NCBI GenBank assembly: GCA_963806185.1
Contig: CAWDXE010000001.1
Coordinates: 288,001-352,000, forward strand
Length of the DNA: 64,000 nt
Direction: 5' to 3'
Source of the DNA: an uncultured candidate division Zixibacteria bacterium
GTDB lineage: Bacteria; Zixibacteria; MSB-5A5; GN15; FEB-12
Part shown: piece by piece, positions 10,208-19,929 of the stretch
How the letters are laid out: each line of letters begins with the position of its first letter
Position numbering within the stretch: the first letter of the stretch is position 1
Translations under genes and position numbers: made by a program
Notes under the pieces: generated by a model
Databases searched by the model: none
What the model was told of the DNA's origin: nothing
Seen by the model: the letters and a program-made list of their open reading frames with translations, nothing else

Positions 10208-10570
10208 TTACACTTTGGTCTCGTTCAGTCTGAGGCGTGCCTTGATCAGCTTTCGGATGAGTGCGATGGGGAGTTTCTTGTCCAGTGGAAAGCGTACCGT
10301 CGCCTTGGAAGTCTCGTACTCCGTCAATTCATTCTTGTGCTCTTCGATCACGGGTGTCGGCACGTAAAATCCGATGTGTCTCTTCGCAATGGAAAAGTAG
10401 GCCAGCCGACCCCTGAAGTGATAATAAGGTATGCCGTAACTGATGTATTCGTCGGCAGCCGGCGCGGCTTTTCTGATGGCAGCCCGAAGCTCTTTGAGTT
10501 TGCTCTGCACTTCCTTAGGAGCCGCCGCAATGTAGGCGCTGACGTCTTTTGGTTTCGGTAATTTCTTCAT
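10208..10570 (-). CDS. DUF1801/YdhG-like protein
   Basis: VSAYIAAAP..AAPAADEYISYGIPYY..KATVRFPLDKKLP. Confidence 0.8.
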   Translation of the reverse strand: MKKLPKPKDVSAYIAAAPKEVQSKLKELRAAIRKAAPAADEYISYGIPYYHFRGRLAYFSIAKRHIGFYVPTPVIEEHKNELTEYETSKATVRFPLDKKLPIALIRKLIKARLRLNETKV

Positions 10571-10658
10571 GGTTCCTCAGTACCAAGATTTGCCGCTATT
10601 CGCGCAGGGAAAACCGGTGAAGCTGAACGCAACTGACGGGTGGTGCACAAGAATTCGC

Positions 10659-11165
10659 TCATCTGATCTTAACTCCCTGCCCCGATGCCTCTCCCCCGCC
10701 TTCGACTGGCTTTCCGGTCCGATCGAACGCCTGGAAGTGAATTCGTGACGAAAACGCCTGACCATCATCAGTAACCGAAATCGTATCCACCAGTACTCCG
10801 TGCCCGGCCGGGAGCCAGCCGGAACCGGCGGGGGCGTGGTCGGACGAATCCGGCGGGCGAGTCATGTAGAATTCATAGTGGGCCACAAACTGACGTTTGC
10901 CAATGGCTTTCCAGGTGCCATAGGCGGGCGGCACCGGTGGGGCGGCGTCGTAGTTTGACGATTCGGTCATCGTGCCGCCGAAGTTGAAGACGTACATGAA
11001 TTCGAGATCGGTGATCGAAGCGAAGGCGCCGTTGGTGAACTGAATTTTCGCTCGCCAGGCGCCGACAAGAGCAGGCGCAGACGCATCGTCGGGAGTCTTC
11101 GGCTGGCTGCAGCCGAAAAGGGTCAGTATGCAGATTGTACATACGCCGAAGGCGAGACGAAGCAC
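10659..11165 (-). CDS. Hypothetical lipoprotein, beta-rich
   Basis: Lipobox LFGC; GTG start with AGGAGG SD. Confidence 0.65.
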   Translation of the reverse strand: MLRLAFGVCTICILTLFGCSQPKTPDDASAPALVGAWRAKIQFTNGAFASITDLEFMYVFNFGGTMTESSNYDAAPPVPPAYGTWKAIGKRQFVAHYEFYMTRPPDSSDHAPAGSGWLPAGHGVLVDTISVTDDGQAFSSRIHFQAFDRTGKPVEGGGEASGQGVKIR

Positions 11166-11373
11166 TGAAACCTCCTGAGTGAACGCAAAAGGTGAACATG
11201 GATTTTGCTAATCGACAATTTAACGAAAAGGATGGGTTGCGGCAAGTACCAGATATGCCGTGCGGGATGGTCTTGCCCCGTGTTCCCCGTCCATATGGGC
11301 TTGCCTTCACCTCAACGAGCAGCCACGGAAATGGCACGATGGCGTCTTTACCGCCACCCGCGGAAAATGATAA

Positions 11374-11400
11374 GGGGAGCAGGAACAAGTCCCGCTCCCC
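11374..11400 (-). terminator. Hairpin downstream of the large peptidase
   Basis: GGGGAGCAGGA-ACAAG-TCCCGCTCCCC stem-loop. Confidence 0.5.
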
Positions 11401-11433
11401 AGTGTGTGCGATCGAAAAAGTGGAAGCGTGCTG

Positions 11434-14400
11434 CTATTTGATGAGAAGCATCTTCTTGCTCTCGCTGAACGAGCCAGCGACGATTCGATAGAAATAGATA
11501 CCGCTCGCACGATTTGCCCCATCCCAGGTTACCCGGTGCAGGCCGGCATCGAGCTGACCGTCAACGAGTACATCGACCTGCTGACCCAAAATGTTGCAGA
11601 CATCGAGATGAACCTGGCCCGCCTCCGGCAAACTGAATTCGATTTCAGTTGTCGGATTGAACGGATTCGGATAGTTCTGGGAGAGACCGAAGCCGGCCGG
11701 CAGTACCTCATCGTCAGCATACGTCGTCTTGGGCTGACCCACCGTGTAATAACGGTAGCCCATATCGTTGCGACTGGCGTCCGGATCGATGTACTGAGCA
11801 TCCGGGTCACCCGCGTTTATACATGGCGAGCCCGAAGACAACAGGAAGTCAGTGCCGCTGAACAGCGGGTTGGCACTAATCGTACCTACCCCCGTATCCG
11901 GGCAATTGTAGTAGTGACCACCACAGTTCCAGACGTCGTTGTACGACAACACCGGCGGCGCGGTTTGCTGTCCGTTTAGCCACCCCTGGTTGTGGACGGC
12001 GTAATTGCAGTTGGCGATGATCGTATTCTTGATCGTCGGAGCGACAAGTGAGAAACTGGAGAAGGCTCCGTTGGTCGAGTTAACAATTGTATTGTTGATC
12101 AACACGGCGGGAGAATTGCCGAGTGAGGCCCAGGTCGACCCTGAGAGTACGACAGCAGCCCAGTTCGTAATGCCCTGGCCGCGCATCAGATTGCGGCGAA
12201 TCGTCGGCCCGGCGTTCTGGCACCAGACGGCGATACGACCCGTGTCAAGAATGAAGCCATCGAGCGTGGCAGCCGAGGTGACTCCACTCGTAAACACGAC
12301 CAGGTCGGTGGAGGCATTGTTCACAATTCTCGGCCGATCGTCCAGATTTTTCGAGACCAGCCGAAGATTCTTATTGATGACCAGGCTCTCCTGATACCTT
12401 CCGCTGCTCACCAACACAACCTCACCGATCTGAGCAGCGTTCTTTGCCGCGGTTATGCTGGTATAGTTGGTCGTTGCGCTGACCTGAAGAGAAGGCACGG
12501 CCCCCATGTCATCTCTGGTGCCATCAGGATCATTGTACGCAGTCGCCGCACTCCCGGCGTCGAGGCAGGGTGACCCGCGGAACAGCGTAAAGTCCGACGT
12601 GAGCACGGGATCAGCGCTGATCGTGCCCGTGCCGGCGGTGGCGTCCTGCCAGTTAGTCGCATTTCCCCAGACATCGCTATAGGTCACATCAGGATTCGTC
12701 AGAAGCATCCAATATATCTTCTCGTTGACAATCCCCTGGAGGTTGCGAGTAACGATGGTGTTGCGAATCGGAACGGCCGTAAGGGTAGTGACTCGAATAC
12801 CTGCTCCCGCACAATCGGCAATGGTGCAGTTTTCAATGAGGGGGATGTTCCACGCATCGTACAGAGCATCGCTGTACACGTATATGCCGCTGCTTGTCTG
12901 ATTCTTGAAGATGTTGCCGATGATTTTCGGACCTGCCCACATACAGCGCGCCCCGATAGTCCCGCCGTCGATGGTGAAACCCTGAAGGGCGGCGTCACGG
13001 GCCTCGTAATTGCTGAAATCAACAACCATCTGACCGGCCGTACCTTGGATGGTGGTGACCGTCGGCCCGTTGGTCGACATGATCGAGACCGACTTTCCTC
13101 CGAACAGTACCTGGCCCGAATACACTCCCGGCATCACGCGAACCGTGTCGCCAAAACTGCTCGCGGCCTGAATACCTCGACCAATCGTGGCATACGGAGT
13201 ACTTGAGCTTCCGTCACCAGTGATATCATTCCCCGTGGCCGCACTCACCCAAATAGTGAGACCCGCCGGCAGATCCATGTTGTGGGCGGCGAAACCTGCC
13301 CGAATTTGCACTGAGTGCGGCGTGCCGTTGTAGATATTACCATCATTGTCGTCCAGGGTAAGGAAGTCTATGGTAATCTCCGGAGTGATTGATTCACCGC
13401 TGTGCAGGAGAATGCTGTTCACGGTTAAAGACCGTAGAATGGAGAGATAGGTTGTGGGATATGCGGCCGCCAGCGCATTGCGCGTGCTCCAAATGCAGCC
13501 GGACAGCAGGTTTCCGCAATAATGCACCTCGCCACGACATGGATACTGGAACGTATTGTCGGCCGTACGATCCCCCGAGGAGCAAGACCCGAACATTCCG
13601 AGTCCCATCACCGGCTGATCGGACATCAGCACGGCCACACAATCACCCATGCCTTCGCCGTACTGACCCTGGCCACTTCCCGCCATCTGCACCAGGTGGT
13701 GTCCATACTCATGGTGGATGATTGAGGAGTAGGCGGTATTTGGATACGAACCGGAGGATTGGCAGAAATTCATCGTGAGAGCGGACGCATCGTACCACGC
13801 ATTCGCCGGGCAATAGCCGTCAGTCCTGTTCACGTATATAGGGAATTCATTCTGCGACAACATCGGATAGTTGGGATTCCATTTTTTCACCATATCCCGG
13901 ATGGCGTTCGCTTCAACGTAAGCATTCACCTGAGCTCGTTCCGCTTCGTTATTGGTCTCGTTGTGGAGGAAGTCATACCACCCCTCCGGCTCACCTGTAG
14001 TTGTCAGGAGAGCATCCGCTCCTGCAGAGTTGAAGACTCGGAACCAGAGCCCCCATAACCGGGACGCGACCGTTGACGGATACTGACCGAGACGAATCCT
14101 ATACATTCCCAGCGTGTCAGTGTACGCCACCCACTGCCCGCAGGTGATCTTGGCATACTTCAACGCCTCACTGGTTTCGTCTTCGCACTGTTCTGATGCC
14201 GCACCCTGAGTAGTCAGACCACTAACGCTGCCATACATGTACACAGGGAGCGGCTGCGGCCCTCCGCTTCCAAAAACGATCATGTCCTCCTTAAGAAGGA
14301 TTTCCGAAGTCTGTGCGTCCACGACGTAATGCCAACGATTATAGCCTTGATCGCCGTCAGTACCAACGAATTCGACAGCGACCCGAGGCTCGACGGAAGC

Positions 14401-15060
14401 GTCGGACTGACCGGTCCAGATGACCAGCCGTTCATCCTTTCTTCCCGTCATCTGCGGAAAGTCCGCATCCACTGCACTCGCGGCGATCTGTCGAGGGTCG
14501 TACGACGAGGCCACTCCTTGAAAGCTCTTGTAGCGAATGTCTTTGACTCCCGGTGAAACCCAGACAACCGGATAGTCTGCCTCATTTTGCACGAGCACTC
14601 TTAACTCACCACCATACACCGGTATGTCGTCCTTGTACTGGTTAAGAGAAAACAGGGTGAATTTATAGTTGCCCGTCTCGGGATCGTACATGATCGGCTG
14701 ACCAGTCGGCAAGTCGATCGTGTTGGGCGAAACTCTCAGGTCCCCGGGATTTGCACCGAAGGCCACCGCGAATTTCTCGCGAAAGGAAACAACAGTGGCC
14801 GAAGGTGACGTGCCACTTCCCGGCATTCTCCCGACGACTCGCTCCACTCGGCCTTTGTCGCCGATCAATCGTATGCCTGGATTCTCGCTCTGGAGCGTCT
14901 GCAAGGCGCTTTGTCGCTGTTCTTCCAGCGCGCGGCGATCGTTAGGAAGGCCGGCGGCGGCACTAGATATAGTGGCCGCAAGTAGAAAGTATGCGAACAC
15001 AATGATGACAGCTGATGCAATTGGCCCCCGAATCAACGCGAATCGAATGTTGGATTTCAT
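11434..15060 (-). CDS. Secreted thermolysin/fungalysin-like (M4/M36) metallopeptidase with propeptide, two beta-helix modules and a C-terminal sorting domain
   Basis: Signal peptide; FTP/PepSY-like QYKDDIPVYGG and YVVDAQTSEIL; NAWY, HEYGH, GEGMGD; duplicated SPC(L/I)(D/N)AG..DPD..R.DMG; SQNYPNPFNPTTEIEFSL..SGIYFYRI..KKMLLIK. Confidence 0.82.
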   Translation of the reverse strand: MKSNIRFALIRGPIASAVIIVFAYFLLAATISSAAAGLPNDRRALEEQRQSALQTLQSENPGIRLIGDKGRVERVVGRMPGSGTSPSATVVSFREKFAVAFGANPGDLRVSPNTIDLPTGQPIMYDPETGNYKFTLFSLNQYKDDIPVYGGELRVLVQNEADYPVVWVSPGVKDIRYKSFQGVASSYDPRQIAASAVDADFPQMTGRKDERLVIWTGQSDASVEPRVAVEFVGTDGDQGYNRWHYVVDAQTSEILLKEDMIVFGSGGPQPLPVYMYGSVSGLTTQGAASEQCEDETSEALKYAKITCGQWVAYTDTLGMYRIRLGQYPSTVASRLWGLWFRVFNSAGADALLTTTGEPEGWYDFLHNETNNEAERAQVNAYVEANAIRDMVKKWNPNYPMLSQNEFPIYVNRTDGYCPANAWYDASALTMNFCQSSGSYPNTAYSSIIHHEYGHHLVQMAGSGQGQYGEGMGDCVAVLMSDQPVMGLGMFGSCSSGDRTADNTFQYPCRGEVHYCGNLLSGCIWSTRNALAAAYPTTYLSILRSLTVNSILLHSGESITPEITIDFLTLDDNDGNIYNGTPHSVQIRAGFAAHNMDLPAGLTIWVSAATGNDITGDGSSSTPYATIGRGIQAASSFGDTVRVMPGVYSGQVLFGGKSVSIMSTNGPTVTTIQGTAGQMVVDFSNYEARDAALQGFTIDGGTIGARCMWAGPKIIGNIFKNQTSSGIYVYSDALYDAWNIPLIENCTIADCAGAGIRVTTLTAVPIRNTIVTRNLQGIVNEKIYWMLLTNPDVTYSDVWGNATNWQDATAGTGTISADPVLTSDFTLFRGSPCLDAGSAATAYNDPDGTRDDMGAVPSLQVSATTNYTSITAAKNAAQIGEVVLVSSGRYQESLVINKNLRLVSKNLDDRPRIVNNASTDLVVFTSGVTSAATLDGFILDTGRIAVWCQNAGPTIRRNLMRGQGITNWAAVVLSGSTWASLGNSPAVLINNTIVNSTNGAFSSFSLVAPTIKNTIIANCNYAVHNQGWLNGQQTAPPVLSYNDVWNCGGHYYNCPDTGVGTISANPLFSGTDFLLSSGSPCINAGDPDAQYIDPDASRNDMGYRYYTVGQPKTTYADDEVLPAGFGLSQNYPNPFNPTTEIEFSLPEAGQVHLDVCNILGQQVDVLVDGQLDAGLHRVTWDGANRASGIYFYRIVAGSFSESKKMLLIK

Positions 15061-15808
15061 AACCAACCTCCTCAATAATCGTGACTATTACATGAGATGT
15101 GGCTCTAGTTGAGGTCTGGACGTTTTCTGCATACTCCTTTCCTGGTCAGATCCATGGTGTGCTGCGAAATCAATCTCAGCGAGCAATATAGAAATACGGC
15201 TCGGCCCGCTTTTCAGGATCACACTGAACAGCAAGCTGAGACGGCGACGGCAACTGTAACCAGCCACCGGCGGATCGTAATTGGGACAGTGGACGACAAG
15301 TCAGGACAAATGATATATTTGACGAATGTCAGATTCTGTCAGTGCAAAGAACGCGATTCGAAGATTTTTTTTCGGATTTCTTTGTGAACATGGCGTTGTC
15401 ATCCTGTGCAGCCAACAGTCACGCCGTTCACACAGTAGCGGTCAGACAGCTTCAACTATCAGCTATTCAATTACTTAAACAAGCCGCCGGAGACCTCGCC
15501 GGACAGAGTGCTTCACTCGCGTGTGACGGAACGCCGATATGAACATACTTGGCCGCCACTGACGACCGGCAAGTTCCATTCAGGATTTTGCACCACAAGA
15601 TGTTACGACGAAATGCGGCATTGCGGAGACCGGTAGTGACCGACAGTCACACGGAAGGGCCGGTGTGGGGTGCATGGCACGACAATTGTCCGCGAATGCA
15701 GCAGGAAGGAGAAGTCACTCCCATTCACCGAGAGTGAGTACAGTCTCTGTAACCTGCGTCGCTGTTAACACATCGATGCAGACCGGGGCCCGTCAACTAT
15801 GCATAATA

Positions 15809-16306
15809 TCATTCAGCAGTGCGCGTGCGGTGCCAGGTGATCAGCTCACCATCCTCGTGATCGACCCGAGAGCCATCGCGGCTGAAGAAGGCCTTTTCCA
15901 GAACTCGCTGTGAGGCTATGTTCCAGACGGCCGTCTCGGCGGTGATGGCAGTGACCTCGGGTTTCGAGAAGCCCGCGGACGCCATTAAGTCGACACCCTC
16001 GGTGGCGATATTTCTTCCACGATACGATTCGGCGACACCGCACCCGATTTCCACTGAGCCGTTGCGCGGCGAGTTCTTGAAACCGGCAGAGCCAACAATG
16101 CGGTTTTCGGTAGAGAGTACAAAGAGTCGGGGGGCGCACCAGAACCAGATTTCGGCGGCGCGATGTCGCCCCATAGCGGCGGCAAGGACGATCTCCGGCG
16201 GTATGGCCCCGGTGGTGATGTCGAGGTCGCGGAACCTGATCGCCGACGAATCCTTGAGCAGACGCTCTACCTCGCCGGGTCCCATCGTGAGCAGTTGGAT
16301 ATTCAC
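15809..16306 (-). CDS. GNAT (RimJ/RimL-like) N-acetyltransferase
   Basis: GSVEIGCGVAESYRGRNIATE, NIASQRVLEKA. Confidence 0.85.
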   Translation of the reverse strand: MNIQLLTMGPGEVERLLKDSSAIRFRDLDITTGAIPPEIVLAAAMGRHRAAEIWFWCAPRLFVLSTENRIVGSAGFKNSPRNGSVEIGCGVAESYRGRNIATEGVDLMASAGFSKPEVTAITAETAVWNIASQRVLEKAFFSRDGSRVDHEDGELITWHRTRTAE

Positions 16307-16327
16307 GTCGTCCCTCGAGCAAGTTGA

Positions 16328-16777
16328 TTAGCCGTCATTGGAAGTCGACGACGATCCCTCGTCCTTTGTTTTTAGGGCCTCAGCCTTCCGCGCCGCTCGG
16401 CGCTCGATTTCTTCTGTACGCACCTGTACGGCAAACGACACCAAATCGATCGGTGCGAGCTCAGCGGCGAGCTCCTGCCATCTGGTCGGCCAGGTGGACG
16501 GCCGCGTATAGACCTTACCCGCCGGGTCACGCTCGAGGCAACGGTAGTCGACCAAGTAGCGTCGCATCTCAACAGCATCCGCCTGAATATTGGTTCCGAC
16601 TGTGCCGAGCCACTGAGCAAGTCGCTCGGTAACTTCCTTCTCGGTGCTGGATGGTTCATTCGGAATTGCCAGCCCGGCAGCAACGATAATCAGCCCCAAA
16701 TCGGAGGCGCTCAGATTGCCGATATGGACCTCCTGCCGGAGAAGGAGGTGTCGGAATCGGTCAAGAATAGGAGACAT
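16328..16777 (-). CDS. DUF2087-like protein
   Basis: TEKEVTERL..DAVEMRRYLVDYRCLERDPAGKVY. Confidence 0.75.
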   Translation of the reverse strand: MSPILDRFRHLLLRQEVHIGNLSASDLGLIIVAAGLAIPNEPSSTEKEVTERLAQWLGTVGTNIQADAVEMRRYLVDYRCLERDPAGKVYTRPSTWPTRWQELAAELAPIDLVSFAVQVRTEEIERRAARKAEALKTKDEGSSSTSNDG

Positions 16778-16802
16778 CGGCTTTTATCCTGTCGGGTCAA
16801 AG

Positions 16803-17312
16803 CTAGTCCAACCTGGATATGGCGGACTTGAGCCCGTTGGTAATACGGTCGTCACCGATCACGTGATTGAGAGCGGTCAGCCTCTCCAGCACAACCGTGT
16901 CGCGAATCCAGGTGTCAACCTTGGGGACGATAAGCACCGCTACATTCAGCACAATCAGCAGGCCGGCAATGAAGACGAATCCATTCAGCACAGCTCCGAG
17001 GATTGAATTGACGATACCAACGACATTCGGTTTTATCGCGTCGGTGATCTTGTGTCCGATCCTGCGTATGATTAGTACCGTGGCCACGACCAGGATGATG
17101 AAACTAACGCCAACCGCCACGGTCTGGCTCGGAATGAACGAATCGAGAACCGTGGCCAACGTGCCGGCGAAACGCGAACCGACGATATAGCCGGCCAGTA
17201 AGGAAATGAACCAGATGATCTGGCTAATCAGGCCGTTGCGGTAGCCGCGATAGATCGCCAGCACCAAGGCAAGGACCACGATGGCGTCAATGACGAGACT
17301 GAGTTTTGGCAT
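16803..17312 (-). CDS. CvpA family membrane protein
   Basis: IDAIVV..RGYRNGLISQI..NSILGAVLNG, 4 TM segments. Confidence 0.8.
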   Translation of the reverse strand: MPKLSLVIDAIVVLALVLAIYRGYRNGLISQIIWFISLLAGYIVGSRFAGTLATVLDSFIPSQTVAVGVSFIILVVATVLIIRRIGHKITDAIKPNVVGIVNSILGAVLNGFVFIAGLLIVLNVAVLIVPKVDTWIRDTVVLERLTALNHVIGDDRITNGLKSAISRLD

Positions 17313-17369
17313 AACGAAATCCGTTCACTGGTTCTCTTCCAAACAACGACAGCAAGGAATGCGGTCGCT

Positions 17370-19675
17370 TTATTGGGCCGCCTGCTGGTCAGCGCTGTTC
17401 TTGTTGGACTTCCGAGTGGCTATCCAATAGAGAAATACACTCATGGCTGCAAACGGCACCAGGGTCCACAGATCACTCTCGGCCCACGCGCCGAGCCAAT
17501 GCGATTTGTCAAACGCGTCATTCCAATTCATAATGAAGAATATCGCCTGCGTGAGCCCGGCAATCGCGCCACCGGCAATCAGACCGCTGGCCAACAGTAC
17601 GCCCGGGGAGAATTCAGATTCCGCAGCGCTCACGCCCTTGCGCCGGCGATCGACCAGCATTCGGATGATGCCGCCGACAAAAATCGGCGTGGAAGTTGAT
17701 ATTGGCAGATACAATCCAACTGCAAACGGGAGCGACGAAACACCGACCAGTTCCATTATCAAAGCCAGCGCGATGCCAACGAGCACGAGCGCCCAGGGAA
17801 GTTTGTGTGTCAGGATGCCGTCAATGATCAAGCTGAAAAGACGCGCCTTAGGTGCGTCATACTTGGTGACCGGCATCAATCGATGCGACAACGCGCCGGT
17901 TGAATCGACCAGATAACTGCCCGCCTGAATACCATCACGATCGTCAGTGAGTTTCAATATCTTCTGCGGGCCGTCCACGGTCAAGAATGTCGGGGTTGAA
18001 TCCGGCAGAATGCCGGCACGGAATTCTTGATATGGCGCTTCCGTCATGCGTACCGCGCGGTGCAGATCGGTGCCGCAGACGCCAGGGTCGATCAGGTAGA
18101 TGATCTTGCCGACATCGTTAACGAGGTAGCGACCGGTGGGAATACCATTTGTCGGCTCGGGAATGGATATCTGACGGTACGTCTTGCCATCGTACTCGAC
18201 AAGCTTTGCGTCGGCCGGGACGCTCGCGGTGAAATCAGGATAGTTGCGGGCCGAGTAGGTGGTCATAGCCTGATTGAGAGAGAGGAGTGTCCAACCGATT
18301 ACCAACGCACTGGTGGCGACGCCGACCAGAATACCTATTTGCTGCCGTGACGGTGTCGCACCCACCAGGAAGCCTGTTTTCAAATCCTGCGAAATCGTGC
18401 CGCCGTTTGAGGCCGCGACACACACGATCGCTGCCGTAGTCAGAGCCATCACGCGGAAATCAACACCCGTCCATCCGACGAGCAGGAAAAGGAGGCAGGT
18501 AATAAGCAATGTGGCGACGGTCATGCCGGAGATTGGATTGGACGATGAACCGATCTCACCGGTGATTCGACTCGACACGGTGACGAAGAAGAAGCCAAAG
18601 ACAACAATCAGCGCCGAGGACGCGAGATTGATGCCAAGAATCGGCGCCAGCCAAATCCCGATCACCAGGATGAGACTTCCGCCGAGAACATACGGGAGCG
18701 GAATGTCCTGCTCGGTACGAAGTACAATTACCTTCTTGCCCGACTGCGAACCGGCCAACGATTTCATACCGCGCTTGAACGCCCCGATAATGCTCGGAAT
18801 CGAACGAATCAAGCTGATGATACCACCGGTCGCCACGGCACCGGCACCAATGTATAGGACGTATGCGTTGCGGATCGCTCCCGGACTCATGTCCTTTACC
18901 AGTACCTGGGTCTCGGGAAAGAGGGGCGCGCTCAGACCATCGCCGATTAATTTGATAAGTGGAATGATGACGATGAAAGCGAGCGAGCCGCCGGCCATCA
19001 TGTTGGCTGCGGTCTTCGGGCCGATGATATACCCCACGCCGAGCATGGTCGGCGCGACTTCCGCCGAGATGGATGCACCCCGGAAGAAATTGATGGTCCA
19101 GTCGGATGTTTCTTTCCAGAAGCGGCTGATCAAGTTGAGAAAACCGAAGACAAAACCGAAGATGCCGCCAAGGAAGACTGTTTTCGCCGACGTTCCTCCC
19201 TTGTCGCCCGCGATCAACACCTCCGCACATGCGGTGCCCTCGGGATAGGTGATCTTGCCATGCTCCTCGACTATCAGTCCGTGACGCAAGGGGATCATCA
19301 TGAGAACACCAAGCGTCCCGCCCAGGAGCGCTACCAGCAGGATGCGAAAGAATTCAATGTCCTGCCCCATGAGGAGCAACGAGGGTAAGGTGAAAACGAC
19401 GCCGGCCGCGATCGACTCGCCGGCCGAGCCCACGGTTTGCACCATGTTGTTTTCGAGGATGGTGGCCTTGCCGAGAGCACGGAATATCGTAATCGACAGC
19501 ACCGCGATTGGGAATCGACGCCGACACGGTCAGACCGACCTTTCAAGCCAAGATAGACGGACGAAGCGGCAAACGCGATGCCCAGCACCGCACCGAGGAT
19601 CAGTCCCCGGAGTGTCATTTCGGTCATCGACTGATTGGCTGCAATGTAGGGTTTGTGCTCTGTCGACTCGCTCAT
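17370..19675 (-). CDS. OPT family oligopeptide transporter, split by two +1 frameshifts near 19510-19543
   Basis: MSESTEHKPYI..TLRGLILG..VYLGLK / VGLTVSASIP / IAVLSITIFR..ILENNMVQTVGSAGES, YPEGTACAEVL, SSNPISGM, QDLKTGFLVGATP. Confidence 0.88.
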
Positions 19676-19809
19676 ACGGGTAGCTCCTCTGTCGCGGACA
19701 GATGTTGCGTAAAGGCCGATCCAGCCGGTCTCAGGGACCGGCACACATTGGGGACATCGTAGTAAGTTTTGGGTTCGGACACAAGAGGAGAATGGTGGGG
19801 AGGTGACTT

Positions 19810-19899
19810 GTACCCCACCGCCTATGCGGTGGGGTATTTGAAAGTCAGGATCCACAGAAGATTTCGTCCGGGGCAGGCCAGAAGGCCTGCCGCCCACGG
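19810..19899. repeat. REP-like palindromic mosaic, copy 1
   Basis: TACCCCACCG..CGGTGGGGTA and GGCAGGCC-AGAA-GGCCTGCC hairpins; recurs at 23865-24084. Confidence 0.8.
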
Positions 19900-19929
19900 G
19901 GACACACGTTCAGGCAATCCGGACTTCGT

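Noticed and set aside
15080..15800. Riboswitch or small genes in the long intergenic gap
   Set aside because: No recognisable aptamer motif or SD-supported ORF
17370..19675. OPT pseudogene or programmed frameshift
   Set aside because: Both breaks are single extra bases in homopolymers with no other decay and no slippery-site signal; assembly error is more likely
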